Position numbers and translations under genes: made by a program. From the NCBI GenBank assembly GCA_963681965.1, contig OY820579.1, forward strand, positions 1,671,379-1,735,378: 64,000 nt of DNA, written 5' to 3'. A model generated the notes under the pieces. That model was not told where the DNA came from. It was given only the letters and a program-made list of their open reading frames with translations, and did no database searches. The DNA comes from a bacterium (lineage in GTDB: Bacteria; Electryoneota; JAOADG01). Below, in pieces: positions 48,719 to 60,139 of this stretch (positions within the stretch are counted from its first letter, which is position 1; the number at the start of each line of letters is the position of its first letter).

Positions 48719-49573
48719 ATGCCGAGAGTTAGTGTGGAACAACTGGTCGCAGTGCAGGCGCACTTCGGTCATTTAACGAGCAAGTGGAATCCGCGAATGA
48801 AGCCGTTCATCTTCATGAAGCGTAACGGAATCCACATTATCGACTTGATGAAAACGTCGGAAATGATCGACAAGGCTTGTGAAGCCGTATTGAAGATCAC
48901 TTCTGCCGGAGATCAGGTACTTTTTGTCGGTACGAAAAAGCAAGCAAAGGATTTGGTTCGCGAACAGGCAACTCGAGCGAATTCACCCTATGTTTGCGAA
49001 CGTTGGCTTGGTGGTACATTGACCAATCTTCAAACGATCCGCAAATCGGTCAAAACGATGCAAGCGATCGAAAAGAAGAAAATCGACGGTACTTACGAAA
49101 AAATCACCAAGAAGGAACGTATTACCCTCGATGCACAACTTGAGAAGTTGACTTTGGCACTCGGTGGTATCCGCGATATGAAGAAATTGCCCGGTGCGAT
49201 GTTTGTCGTCGATATCCGTAATGAAGCGATTGCCGTAGCCGAAGCGAACCGTTTGGGTATTCCGGTCATTGGTATTGTCGATACGAACAGCGATCCAACT
49301 GCGATTCGGTATCCCATTCCTGCCAACGACGATGCTTTCAAGAGCATCTGGTTAATCATGCAAGCGATTGCCAACGCTGCCATCGAAGGACAAGCGATTT
49401 GGGCTGAAAAAGCCTCAGCACGCGAACAAGAGACTGGCGAATCGATGTCGGCTCCGGAAGATAAGAAGCGCGAACAGCCGCGTGAACCGCGTGGTCGCGG
49501 TCCACGTCGCCGGGATCGTGGCGATCGTGGCACAGCCACAGACAAGACGCCGGACGCTTCATCCGCGGAATAA
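48719..49573 (+). CDS. rpsB: 30S ribosomal protein S2 (with a charged C-terminal extension)
   Basis: VSVEQLVAVQAHFGHLTSKWNPRMKPFIF...GIHIIDL. C-terminal R/D/E-rich tail. Confidence 0.95.
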   Translation: MPRVSVEQLVAVQAHFGHLTSKWNPRMKPFIFMKRNGIHIIDLMKTSEMIDKACEAVLKITSAGDQVLFVGTKKQAKDLVREQATRANSPYVCERWLGGTLTNLQTIRKSVKTMQAIEKKKIDGTYEKITKKERITLDAQLEKLTLALGGIRDMKKLPGAMFVVDIRNEAIAVAEANRLGIPVIGIVDTNSDPTAIRYPIPANDDAFKSIWLIMQAIANAAIEGQAIWAEKASAREQETGESMSAPEDKKREQPREPRGRGPRRRDRGDRGTATDKTPDASSAE

Positions 49574-49722
49574 CACGCAGGGTACGATAGAGCTACTGAA
49601 CGACCCCGCTTTGGGGTCGTTCCTATGTATAGGAATATTGTAGAAAAATCTGAATAGGTGCCGGGTTTGGTCGAGCAACCACTGGAAAGCCGTTCAGTTC
49701 AATGAGGAAAGGGAGAGGAAGA

Positions 49723-50580
49723 ATGGCAATAACTGCTAGCGTAGTCAAGGAATTGCGCGAGAAAACCGGCGCCGGAATGATGGATTGCAAAGCAGCCCTT
49801 GAAGCAACGGGCGGAAATTTCCAGGAAGCCGAAGACTGGTTACGGAAAAAGGGTATTTCTACTGCCGCCAAGAAGGCTGGTCGCGCTACCAGCGATGGTA
49901 TCATTGCTGCCCGCTATTATCGGGACAATCGACGCGCCGTCATGGCTGAAGTAAACTGCGAAACCGATTTTGTGGCAAAGACGGAAGATTTCTCCAAGTT
50001 GGTCGATGTCGTCTGCGATACGATCGACGGATTGCCAGCATTACCCGAGAAAGTCGAACAATTGCCATCGATCGTGGAAGAAGCACGAGCTACTTGTGTC
50101 GGGAAACTCGGTGAAAATATGGCAGTGCGACGGTTTGCACGGATCGATTTGACCGAACCGGGTAAAATTCAGATCTACATTCACACTGGCAACAAACTAG
50201 CAGTCGCAGTTGAATTGAATTCGACCAAGAGCGAAACCATTGCGAAAGCCGAATTCAACGAATTAGCTGCCGATGTCGCGATGCAGATTGCTGCAGCGAC
50301 TCCGTCGTCAGTCGATCGTACCGGTTTGTCTCAGGCAACCATCGATCACGAAATGGAAATTGCACGTGAACAAGCGCGCGCAACCGGTAAGCCGGAAGCC
50401 GTGGTCGAGAAGATTGCCATTGGCAAGATGGAAAAGATCTATAGCGAATTTTGCTTGCTCGAACAACCGTACGTCAAAGACCCGAAACTTACCGTTCAGG
50501 ATCATATCAATGCCGTTTCGAAGACGGTCGGCGATACGATTTCGGTTCGAAGTTTTCTGCGGTTCAAGATTGGCGAATAA
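49723..50580 (+). CDS. tsf: Elongation factor Ts
   Basis: MAITASVVKELREKTGAGMMDCKAALEATGGN... Start taken at the ATG downstream of the GGAAAGGGAGAGG ribosome-binding site; the track ORF extends upstream artefactually. Confidence 0.95.
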   Translation: MAITASVVKELREKTGAGMMDCKAALEATGGNFQEAEDWLRKKGISTAAKKAGRATSDGIIAARYYRDNRRAVMAEVNCETDFVAKTEDFSKLVDVVCDTIDGLPALPEKVEQLPSIVEEARATCVGKLGENMAVRRFARIDLTEPGKIQIYIHTGNKLAVAVELNSTKSETIAKAEFNELAADVAMQIAAATPSSVDRTGLSQATIDHEMEIAREQARATGKPEAVVEKIAIGKMEKIYSEFCLLEQPYVKDPKLTVQDHINAVSKTVGDTISVRSFLRFKIGE

Positions 50581-50602
50581 TCAGTTCGAAATTTATTTTA
50601 AA

Positions 50603-50633
50603 AAGCGGCGCCGTCGGTGCCGCTTTTTTTTAT
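50603..50633 (+). terminator. Rho-independent terminator after tsf
   Basis: AAAGCGGCGCC-GTCG-GTGCCGCTTT then T8. Confidence 0.7.
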
Positions 50634-50702
50634 CAAAATTGATGTCTAGGGTTGCATCTGAAATGTTTGATGTGGTAAATTTAGATTGAATGATAATTAT
50701 GT

Positions 50703-53700
50703 ATGACATTATGGTATAGTGAGGTTACGATGTTCCGCATATTCTCCACACTGGTACTCTTTCTTACGTTCGTGTTTTCAAGTTTCGCGCAATTCAACCA
50801 GAACCAATATCCGGTTCCGGGCGATTCGGTTGGGATCCCAGTTCATACTAGTTTGAACATCCAGCTCTTCAATAAGATTGTGGGTTGTAGCGATGGTGGT
50901 TGGTATTATCTCTGGACGACGACCAACCGCAATGCGAAATCGCTTTATCTAAGTAAGATTGGTTGGAATGGCGATTCGCTGTGGTCTGCGACAGTATACT
51001 CGAGCGATTATTTTGTGTATCCGAACGATATCGAGACTTTGACGGATGGGGTCGCCATCGGATGGCAGGTGGAAGATTCGCTCCGCGGTCGAATCGCTTA
51101 CGTCCAAAAATTCGGCAATACCGGTCAAATCGCATGGTCACAGCCCTATTCTCATCTTTTGAATCTGAATCGCTACGACGGTCCGCGTCTCTTTTCCGAC
51201 AGTAGCGGTGGTTGTTATAGTTACTTTTCCAATGCAGTCATTACACGATAATTATCTTCCGGTGCGATCGCGCCCGGTTTCAATGTCGATGGAAATAGTG
51301 TCCTGCCCGATTCGTTAGGGGGAGGTGGATCATTTTTGCTACCGGCTGTTTGTTCGGCAGGATCGAATGGCTGCTGGGTGGTTCAATCAACGTCGAGTGC
51401 TTTTTATCTCCAGCGCGTCAACCCCGATGGATCACTCCGATGGAGTGTACCCAATCGGTACCCCTTTCCTGCATCATATCTCAGGTCCACGTTTAATTAC
51501 TTCAAGATTTTGCAGGATGGTCGGAATGGATTCTATTTGTCGTTTGGCGATACAACGGACTTATATATCCAGCGCTTCGATCAAAACGGAACACCCTTGT
51601 GGTCAAATAATACGGTTGCATTCAGAGGATTACCTTATGGAAATCAAGAGATTGCGGGGTTTGAATTAGCCGCGCCCGATACTTTTTTCCTGCTTTTTCA
51701 TAAAGATTCAGCTCACACCAGTCTCCATTTTGTTCAGAAAATAACCGGGATCGATAGTGCAAGTCTATTATGGGGAAACCGCGGTATCGCGGTAGTTGAT
51801 TCCGAAATTCCTTTGGCATATGGGATGAGTTTAACCGCTGATGGAGCGGGTGGATGTATTACCGGAGGATTCTATTACGAATCGCGAACGATGTGCAATC
51901 GATATCGATTAATTCAAATTAGCAATAACAGCACCGGAGCAACTATTCGCAACTTTGATCTGGCAGCGTCGGTTCCTTACATCGTTACGAGTCTATGTTA
52001 CTTCCAGCAAGGTCATTTGTTGGCACTTTGGCATGACAACCGTAGCGGTTATGCCGATGTCTATCGAACAGTATTCGATTCAACGATGACTCCCTTACCC
52101 GGTTTTGTTTCGACCGGCTTACTTACTCGCAAAAATAGATGGGGAGTTAGTTATGAAAATATCACTGTCATCGATCCCGAACGGTTCATGGTGAGTTGGA
52201 TTGAGCGAAAGGATAATTACTCATCGCGATTTTTCTATTCGATTTACGAAACTGCGACCGGTCACCGGATCACAACCGATCCGAATGGAACATTTTTGCC
52301 TATTCTCGATTCTCTGCCCTATAGCCAAAGTTTGAACACTGTAACTACCAGTGATGGCTGTGTCATGGTGATGGCAATCGATAACAGTATCTATTTAAGT
52401 AAAATCGACCGTAACGGTACTCGACTCTGGCATACAAGTTACGGAGCTACTTCGGCGGAAACCGCTATTTCTCCATTTAATTTTGTCTGCGCGGATCAGA
52501 ACGGGGGAATCTATATCAGTTATCGATATATGAGTTCAGACAATCCCAATCGATTGCACTTACAACATTTTTCTTCTACAGGTCAAAGATTATTGAGTCC
52601 GATGGGAGCAGTGCTTCCGGGCGTGCCGTTATCCTATACCGTTCCCCTCGTGCATAATAATCAGAAACTTTACACTGTGACAGGCGATCTTGAGACAGAT
52701 AGATACCGGTTGCGGTTGTTGTGTTCGAATGAAAGCGGCGATACACTTTGGACGAGAGTAATTTGGTCCGCTCAAATCAGTTCTTTATATGAAATACCTC
52801 GGCCGAAATTAATCCCTTTACCAGATGGCGTTTCGATTCATTACTGTGATCGGTACGCCGATTCTACTTATTCGAATGTTTACGGTCAAAGATATCTCGA
52901 AAATGGAACACCAGTGTGGGGTGATCCCAGTATCGTTGTGGGTCGAACCCAATACTATCGATATTCAGCTGTTGGAACAAGCAATGCGATCTGGTATCTG
53001 ATCCAAGATTCGATTAGTATGATCGCTCGCAAAATCTTTCTTGACGGAAGAATCGCTTTCGGAGATACCGGAATTCGGCTACCGCGCTCGCTGTCAGAAC
53101 TTAATATCAGTTATTTTGGTGCACACAGCATTTATGCCGATCGCGACTCCGGGGTTTTTGTCGGTTGGTACGATCATCTCAATGATCGCCAACACAAGAC
53201 CTACTTCACACATCTAAACTCCGACGGAAGTTATGCCGATCCGACCGTCTGGAATTACTATCATGCGGGAAGGGTTTCCGGTAGCCGTTCCGGGATGATC
53301 GGTGCCTATCCCGATCAACGAGGTGGGTTACTCCTGATCGATTTTTCTGAGGATTATGTTCCCGATAATCTGTCACGTGGAGAAATCTACATTCAACGCA
53401 TTGCCGATCACACGACACTTGCCGTTCGGGAAAGTAATTCGAATGCGCTACCCGACGTATTCCGGCTGGATCAGAATTATCCGAATCCGTTCAATGCGGT
53501 CACTTCGATCCGTTATCATTTGTCGATCGAATCCAGTGTCGAGTTGCGGCTTTTCGATATTCAGGGACGGTTAGTACAGAATTTATTTAACAGTATTCAA
53601 CAAGCGGGGGATTACCGGCTGCAATTCAACGCGCAACGGCTAGCATCCGGTACCTATTTCCTGCGAATGAATTCTGGTGACTTTTCGAAAGTGCGGAAGA

Positions 53701-53717
53701 TCGTGCTATTGAAGTAG
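50703..53717 (+). pseudogene. Large (~1000-aa) T9SS cargo protein gene (beta-propeller-like repeats plus Por CTD) interrupted by a single in-frame TAA
   Basis: The 182-aa ORF (signal peptide MFRIFSTLVLFLTFVFSSFAQ) and the 793-aa ORF are in the same frame. They are separated only by TAA at 51249-51251, and no other stop occurs across 51252-51335. CTD NYPNPFNAVTSIRYHL...GTYFLRMNSG. Confidence 0.65.
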
Positions 53718-53739
53718 ACATGGCAAAATCAAGGGAATC

Positions 53740-53770
53740 AAAAAAGGGCACCGGAGGTGCCCTTTTTTCA
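53740..53770. terminator. Bidirectional rho-independent terminator
   Basis: AAAAAGGGCACC-GGAG-GTGCCCTTTTTT, between convergent genes. Confidence 0.7.
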
Positions 53771-53788
53771 AAATCGATTTTTTGGAAC

Positions 53789-54043
53789 TTAGGCTAAGCG
53801 ATTCAAATGGGTGGCAAGAGCTGACTTGTGGTTGGCAGCCTTGTTCATATGGATAATGCCCTTGTGAACCAGTTTATCCAAAGTTGATGTGGCTTCCCGA
53901 ATCAATGGCAAGGCTTCGTCCTTCGACTTGGACGCTAATGCTCTCTTTAAAGCACCCTTCATGACCGATTTGCCAGCGCGATTCTGGATATTTTCTTCTT
54001 TGGATGTTTTCATCCGCTTTTCGCATGATTTATGTTGTGGCAT
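53789..54043 (-). CDS. rpsT: 30S ribosomal protein S20
   Basis: MPQHKSCEKRMKTSKEENIQNRAGKS...ANHKSALATHLNRLA matches the S20 pattern. Confidence 0.9.
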   Translation of the reverse strand: MPQHKSCEKRMKTSKEENIQNRAGKSVMKGALKRALASKSKDEALPLIREATSTLDKLVHKGIIHMNKAANHKSALATHLNRLA

Positions 54044-54202
54044 TCCAAACCTCTAACCGTGAATCTAAAGCTATCTCTTTCAAAGCCACACAATATACAC
54101 TCGGTTCAAATGGAGTGCAAGAGAGGCAGAGGTGCACATGTTAAGTATCGAATTTTAAGTTATATGTTCGAATACCTATCTTGCAGCGAAGGGAAGTGAT
54201 TC

Positions 54203-54940
54203 ATGTCGATTGTCGATAGTATTGTTGAACATATTCCCAATTCGGATACTAAAGTACTCGTTTTGACCGGAGCCGGGGTTTCTGCAGAATCGGGAGTGCC
54301 TACTTTCCGCGATCCGGAAGGGTATTGGTCGAAATATCGGTTCGAAGAGCTGGCTAGTCGCGACGGTTTTCTTAAAAATCCCGAACTTGTATTGAAATGG
54401 TATTCCGAACGTCGGAAAACGGTAGTTTCAGTGCAACCGAATCCCGGGCATTACGCGTTAGCTGAATGGGAACAATTGCTCTCCGAGTATACGTTGGCGA
54501 CTCAGAACGTTGACGGATTGCATGATCGAGCCGGATCGAAACGGGTAATCGCACTCCACGGTTCGATTCTATCCGACAAATGTTTTGACTGCGAAACCCC
54601 GTATCGCACTGAATTTGCTGATGCAGAATATGCTAACCAGCGTTGTCCGTGCGGTGGTAGAATACGTCCAGCCGTGGTTTGGTTTGGTGAACAACTTCCG
54701 GAGGATGCGATTTACGAAGCCGAGCGGGCAGCAAGAATTTGTGAGGTTTGTGTCGTAATTGGTACGACGGGTGCAGTCTTTCCCGCAGCAGGATTGGCTT
54801 ATTTGGCAAAACAACACGACGCTTTTCTAATTGAGATCAATCCAAATCTTACGGAATTAAGCCCGATTTGCGATTTACACTGGCGTGAAAAAGCAGGAGT
54901 CGCGTTACCGCAGTTGGTGGTTCATTGGAAAGCGCGCTAG
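54203..54940 (+). CDS. cobB: NAD-dependent protein deacylase (Sir2 family)
   Basis: VLTGAGVSAESGVPTFRD... NAD-binding motif, Zn-ribbon CxxC...CxC (CFDCETPY...CPCGG), QNVDGLH. Confidence 0.85.
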   Translation: MSIVDSIVEHIPNSDTKVLVLTGAGVSAESGVPTFRDPEGYWSKYRFEELASRDGFLKNPELVLKWYSERRKTVVSVQPNPGHYALAEWEQLLSEYTLATQNVDGLHDRAGSKRVIALHGSILSDKCFDCETPYRTEFADAEYANQRCPCGGRIRPAVVWFGEQLPEDAIYEAERAARICEVCVVIGTTGAVFPAAGLAYLAKQHDAFLIEINPNLTELSPICDLHWREKAGVALPQLVVHWKAR

Positions 54941-55160
54941 TCATACGTATCATTCGACTAATTGGAAGCCGCTCGAAAACAGTAGAACTAACTTGTTCGA
55001 AATAGTACATTAGTGACAGCATGAATATCAATAGTACCTTACCCAATCAATGGATCGAATTTGCCAGGGAGATTTATCGTAGCTTGTAACCGAAATATTA
55101 CGTAACTCGGATTGATCCGAACCTAATGAGCAAAATTAATTATTCGGTGCAAAGGATACG

Positions 55161-57926
55161 ATGACCGGTAAACGATCCTTTTGGTTATTTCTTCTGCTGG
55201 CGTCAATGCTGACGTTCAATGGATGTGCATATTACAATTACATCTACAATGCGAAGAAGAATTTTGACAAAGGGGTAAAGACCAAGAGTGCCGCGACAGT
55301 GCCACAAGGCGCTGGTCGTGCCGACTTCGATAAAGTGATCGATGGCTGCGCGACGATGCTGGAATTTTTTCCCGACTCGCGGTGGGTACCCGATGCGTTG
55401 CTCTTGATCGGAAAAGCCTATTACGAAACCGACCAGTTCAGCAAAGCCGAGCGGAAGTTCGTCGAACTTGAAACCAACTATCCCAACCACCCACTAGTAT
55501 CCGAAGCACACCTGCAAAAAGCACGTTGCTGGCTAGCCTTGAAACGTACCCGAGAAGGTCGCAACTTACTCGCTTCATTACAATCGAATCCCGATCCCGC
55601 AGTCAACTATTCAGCCAAATTGATCCTTGCCGAAGGGTTGCTCGCCGATTCTCTATTTGGAGAGGCACTCGAGCAGTTTAACAGTTTAAAGGGAAAAGCA
55701 CCCGACAAAATTCTGGAAACCCGAAATACCGAAAAGCGGTTGGAATGCTTACTTCGGATCGATAAAAAACTGGATGCAATCGATGCAATCGGCGACCTTC
55801 TGAAAATGAAGGAATCGCGTGTGAAGCAACATGAATTGTTCATGAAACGTGCATCGCTTTGGTCACAAACCGGGCAGCAGAAGACGGCAATTGCCGATCT
55901 GGTGAAACTGGAGAAAAATTCCGACTTTCGGGTGCAACGAAATCGAACAAGAGCCGAATTGAGTATTGCCTATTTCACCGATGGCGATACAACCAAGGCA
56001 CTTGAAATTTGGGATGATTTGCTGTCGACCGATAAAATTCATGGCGAAGAAACTTCCATTGCAGGATTATATCGCGGCAAGTTGATCTATTTCTCCGGCG
56101 GTATCGATTCCTTGTATAAAGCCGATTTTGAACGTTCTAAGCGCGATCGACCCGGCTCGATTTATGCTCAACAAGCCGATTCCTTGCTACAACGCATCTC
56201 CTGGTTAAAGACGATCGAAACCAAAAAGAGTACGGCATTAACACAAATCAATTTCCTGAATGATCTCTTGGTCGGTAATCCGGTTCCAGACTCGATTCAA
56301 CATCGTTATCTAGTAAGGGCAAATGGTCGTCCAACTTCCGTTGCCGATACTTCGCATCGATCGGAATCGGATAAGCTTGATAAATCACAAGTCGAAGATT
56401 CACAGTCCAAGCCTGATCAACCAAAAGAAAAAGATAAAGAGACTGAGAAGAACGGTGATGATCAAAAACTAACACTGCACAAATCGATTGCTCCTGATCC
56501 GATCAAAAAAGTTGGTGACGCTGCAAAAGCCGTTCCTGAGAAAATTGCATCGACCACGACGACAAAAGAAGCTTCCGCAATTTCGAGCAAGGGTAAATTG
56601 AGTAAAGAATCTGCCGAATCTTCGAAAGTCGATGCAATTCATGATGAAGTGAAATCCGAATCACCCGATCAATCAATCTCCGCTCAACCGCCTGAAACCG
56701 TCGAACGCTCGGAAAGACCGATCGAAGCCGATATGAAAGTTGCTGAAGCATCTAAACCGGAAGTAGAACCCATCGATTCGACGAAAACGCTAACGAAAAT
56801 ACAAGATGAGTTGACGAAATCGGATTTTGAAGATTCGCTGAATATTAAGGCTCTAGGAAGACCCGATTCGACCAGTCGCGATTCCACTTCGATTGCCGAT
56901 AGTCTAGCCGATGTGGCAGTTCCATTAGATACCGCAGCGATCAAGTTGGCTCTCGTTGATCAGATTAAGCAGTTGATCAAAGTGTACGATGAAATAAAAG
57001 ACGATTGCTTCAAACGCAAAGATACCACCAATGCATTAAAGATGTATCCGACGATTATGCTTTTGGCAAGCGGTAAAATACTGAGTGCGTATCGTATGGA
57101 ATATGGTATGCAATTACTTGCCCGAGGCGATACCACACGCGCTCGAAGTTTGTATACCGCCGTAGCGGCTGATACCGCCAATCTCACGATCGCCAATGCT
57201 GCGCGAAAAGAGTTACAGCTCGCTTTGTTGCCGATACCGGTTGATTCTTTGAAGGAACGGTTTCGCACTGCGGAAATGTTGGTCGATTTGTTGGTCGATA
57301 CTACTGCCGCGCTGGATGTTTATCAATCGATAGCAGAGAACGACTCTGGTGATATTGGATCGCGAGCGACTGCAGCGATTGCGATTTTACAAACTCGCCG
57401 ACTGGGAATTGATTCCGTTGCGAAATTGTACGAGAATATGTTTAAGAAATCGCGGGTACAATCCAGCACCCGTTACGCACAGATGATGATTACCGCGATT
57501 CAAGACAAAAAACGGCAGGATTCAATCGCAGCACATGTCGATACGACGAAAGCATTAATCGATTCAACGAACCGAAGCGATTCACTTTCGATCGGTAAAG
57601 ATAGCAGTAAAGTTGTACCGGATTCGTTAAAACTGAATCTACCCGATTCGCTTCGAAACTTGATCGGAGGAGATTCGTTACTCCAATTGCGAAAGATTAA
57701 GCTGGAAGTACCCGACTCGACCAAACAGAATCTTGCCGATACTTTAAAAAAGGCAATCGAAACCGAACCCATCATTCCCAAGACGTTGGTCACTCCGAGG
57801 CGGAGTGCAAAGAACGATACTTTGCGAACACCTGCTCAGGTAATAAAACCGGATAGTGTGGGTAGTGTGGCAAAACCCGACACCACGATAAAACCATCCG
57901 ATACGACGAAAACCAAAAAAGAATAG
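55161..57926 (+). CDS. Large TPR-repeat lipoprotein with an acidic/Ser-rich low-complexity central region
   Basis: Lipobox LTFNGC. TPR helices in the N- and C-terminal thirds. The central ~250 aa is low-complexity (S/D/E/K/T-rich). Confidence 0.6.
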   Translation: MTGKRSFWLFLLLASMLTFNGCAYYNYIYNAKKNFDKGVKTKSAATVPQGAGRADFDKVIDGCATMLEFFPDSRWVPDALLLIGKAYYETDQFSKAERKFVELETNYPNHPLVSEAHLQKARCWLALKRTREGRNLLASLQSNPDPAVNYSAKLILAEGLLADSLFGEALEQFNSLKGKAPDKILETRNTEKRLECLLRIDKKLDAIDAIGDLLKMKESRVKQHELFMKRASLWSQTGQQKTAIADLVKLEKNSDFRVQRNRTRAELSIAYFTDGDTTKALEIWDDLLSTDKIHGEETSIAGLYRGKLIYFSGGIDSLYKADFERSKRDRPGSIYAQQADSLLQRISWLKTIETKKSTALTQINFLNDLLVGNPVPDSIQHRYLVRANGRPTSVADTSHRSESDKLDKSQVEDSQSKPDQPKEKDKETEKNGDDQKLTLHKSIAPDPIKKVGDAAKAVPEKIASTTTTKEASAISSKGKLSKESAESSKVDAIHDEVKSESPDQSISAQPPETVERSERPIEADMKVAEASKPEVEPIDSTKTLTKIQDELTKSDFEDSLNIKALGRPDSTSRDSTSIADSLADVAVPLDTAAIKLALVDQIKQLIKVYDEIKDDCFKRKDTTNALKMYPTIMLLASGKILSAYRMEYGMQLLARGDTTRARSLYTAVAADTANLTIANAARKELQLALLPIPVDSLKERFRTAEMLVDLLVDTTAALDVYQSIAENDSGDIGSRATAAIAILQTRRLGIDSVAKLYENMFKKSRVQSSTRYAQMMITAIQDKKRQDSIAAHVDTTKALIDSTNRSDSLSIGKDSSKVVPDSLKLNLPDSLRNLIGGDSLLQLRKIKLEVPDSTKQNLADTLKKAIETEPIIPKTLVTPRRSAKNDTLRTPAQVIKPDSVGSVAKPDTTIKPSDTTKTKKE

Positions 57927-57935
57927 GAGTGCTGT

Positions 57936-58745
57936 TTGAAGTATTTGGAGATCGGAACTATCACTCATCGGGAGAAGATCCATAGCGATCTTTTTCAACT
58001 CCACTTTCACTCACCAGCTATTGCACGAGATTCCCAACCCGGACAATTTCTTCATATCCGAGTAGGAAACGGTATTGATCCACTTCTTCGTCGTCCGGTT
58101 TCAATTCAACGGGTTTTTGACGACACCATTGAAATACTCATAAAAGTATACGGTCGCGGCAGCGACAAGCTCTGTGCGCTGACTGTCGGGGATCAGATCG
58201 ATTGCCTCGGTCCTGTCGGTTCGACTTGGAAGACACCCGAGGGACATACTTCGGTTGTGGGGGTATCTGGTGGCGTTGGAATAGCACCTATCATTTTCCA
58301 ACAAGACCGGTGGAGCTCGACAATTCCGTACTATCATTTATTGGGTAGCCGCAGTAAAGCGGATCTGCCGATTTCCGATGAATTGATGACACGATATCAA
58401 CCGGATATCGCAACGGACGATGGTTCTTCAGGTTTTCATGGAAATGTAGTGTCTTTAGTAGATAAACGATTCTGTGAAGGTGGGTTGGGTTCAAATCCGT
58501 TTTTTATTACTTGTGGACCGTGGATCATGATGAAAGCACTGCGCGATTGGTTGCGTTCGCATCATCTGCGGGGTCAATTTTCCGCCGAAGCGCGGATGGG
58601 CTGTGCGGTAGGTGTCTGTCAAGGGTGTGCGGTAGCGAAACCGATGAAAGACAATGCCGCTCGCGAATACTATTTGTGTTGTAAAGATGGTCCGATTTTC
58701 GATTTCGAAGCAATCGACATGGAGGTAAGTCCCTTTGGCTATTGA
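57936..58745 (+). CDS. pyrK: Dihydroorotate dehydrogenase electron-transfer subunit
   Basis: FAD/NAD-binding fold plus a C-terminal 2Fe-2S Cys cluster (CGPW...MGCAVGVCQGCAV). Overlaps pyrD. Confidence 0.85.
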   Translation: MKYLEIGTITHREKIHSDLFQLHFHSPAIARDSQPGQFLHIRVGNGIDPLLRRPVSIQRVFDDTIEILIKVYGRGSDKLCALTVGDQIDCLGPVGSTWKTPEGHTSVVGVSGGVGIAPIIFQQDRWSSTIPYYHLLGSRSKADLPISDELMTRYQPDIATDDGSSGFHGNVVSLVDKRFCEGGLGSNPFFITCGPWIMMKALRDWLRSHHLRGQFSAEARMGCAVGVCQGCAVAKPMKDNAAREYYLCCKDGPIFDFEAIDMEVSPFGY

Positions 58746-59685
58746 TTTGAAATGTCGATTAGGCAAGCTGGAACTCAACTCGCCACTGATTGCGGCATCC
58801 GGATGTTTCGGCTATGGTACGGAATATTCCGAATTGACTCCGATCCACAAATTGGGCGGTGTTGTTACGAAAACGATCACCCCGCACCCACGCCCGGGAA
58901 ATCCATTGCCGCGGATCTGGGAAACTGCGACTGGTGGAATGATTAATAGTATCGGTCTGGCGAATGTCGGGATCGATCGTTATGTAATTGAGAAATTGCC
59001 CGAACTTAGGAATTATCCGAGTAAAGTTATCGTATCGGTTGCTGGAAATTCGGTAGCAGAGTATGCCGAGATGGTCGCGAAGATGGAGGCGCATTCGGAA
59101 TGGCATGCTTTGGAGATCAATATTTCCTGTCCGAATGTGAAAGAAGGTGGCATCAGTTTTGGGGTCGATCCTAAGATGACTGAAGCCGCGGTGAAAGCCT
59201 GTCGACGTGAGACGAAGCGACCGATGATTGTTAAATTGACACCGATGGCAACGTCACTGGCATCCATCGGAAAAGTTTGTGAAGATTGCGGTGCCGATGC
59301 ATTGTCGCTCGTGAATACTTATGTCGGATTGGCGATTGACATCGAACGTAAACGCCCGCGAATTGCAACGGTCACCGGCGGATATAGTGGACCGCCGATC
59401 AAACCGATGGCTTTGGCGCGTGTGTGGGAAGTATACAAAGCCGTCAACATTCCACTCATTGGGATGGGTGGAATCTGTTCGGCGGAAGATGTAATCGAAT
59501 TCTTTCTCGCTGGTGCCTCGGCGGTACAAATTGGCACGATGTTTTATGTCGATCCGGCAATTCCCGACAAGATTCTACTGGGAATGGAACAGTATTGCGA
59601 TCGACATGGTATAAAACACTTGTCCGAATTAACAGGACAACTCGATCCTACACTTAAGAAATCGACTGAAACAAAATGCGGCTGA
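58735..59685 (+). CDS. pyrD: Dihydroorotate dehydrogenase (class 1B) catalytic subunit
   Basis: LNSPLIAASGCFGYG...NISCPNV...GGICSAEDVIEF motifs. Non-ATG (TTG) start per the track. Confidence 0.9.
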   Translation: MAIDLKCRLGKLELNSPLIAASGCFGYGTEYSELTPIHKLGGVVTKTITPHPRPGNPLPRIWETATGGMINSIGLANVGIDRYVIEKLPELRNYPSKVIVSVAGNSVAEYAEMVAKMEAHSEWHALEINISCPNVKEGGISFGVDPKMTEAAVKACRRETKRPMIVKLTPMATSLASIGKVCEDCGADALSLVNTYVGLAIDIERKRPRIATVTGGYSGPPIKPMALARVWEVYKAVNIPLIGMGGICSAEDVIEFFLAGASAVQIGTMFYVDPAIPDKILLGMEQYCDRHGIKHLSELTGQLDPTLKKSTETKCG

Positions 59686-60128
59686 TTACCAGCATCACAG
59701 TTTTTTCATTTCTACTGATCAGCTTGGTGCTGACCGGATGCACTGCCGGTCCGCGGTATGGCACGAAAGCGCGGTACGACGTAAAGCAACATGCCGAAGT
59801 GACCATTCCTGAAGTCGGGATGGTATTCGAGGGTACGGCATCGTTTTACGGAAAAGAATTTGGCGGCAGGAAGACTGCCAATGGAGAAATTTTCGATCCG
59901 AACGGTATTTCTGCCGCGCATCGAAACTTTCCATTCGGCACGATGCTGGAAGTGACATCGAAAGAAACCGGCAAATCGGTAATGGTGAAAATTAACGATC
60001 GCGGTCCATTTACCGATTGTATTATCGATTTATCGTTCGGTGCAGCAAAAAAAATTGGTATGGTTCATAATATTCCGGTTCGGATTCGCGTTGTTTCGGT
60101 CGGAACTGTGGAAAATAACTCCCATTAA
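59676..60128 (+). CDS. rlpA: Septal-ring lytic transglycosylase RlpA-family lipoprotein (DPBB domain)
   Basis: Lipobox LTGC. GTASFYGKEFGGRKTANGEIFDP...AAHRNFPFGTMLEVT...VKINDRGPF matches the RlpA DPBB signature. Confidence 0.8.
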   Translation: MRLITSITVFSFLLISLVLTGCTAGPRYGTKARYDVKQHAEVTIPEVGMVFEGTASFYGKEFGGRKTANGEIFDPNGISAAHRNFPFGTMLEVTSKETGKSVMVKINDRGPFTDCIIDLSFGAAKKIGMVHNIPVRIRVVSVGTVENNSH

Positions 60129-60139
60129 AAAAGATTACT

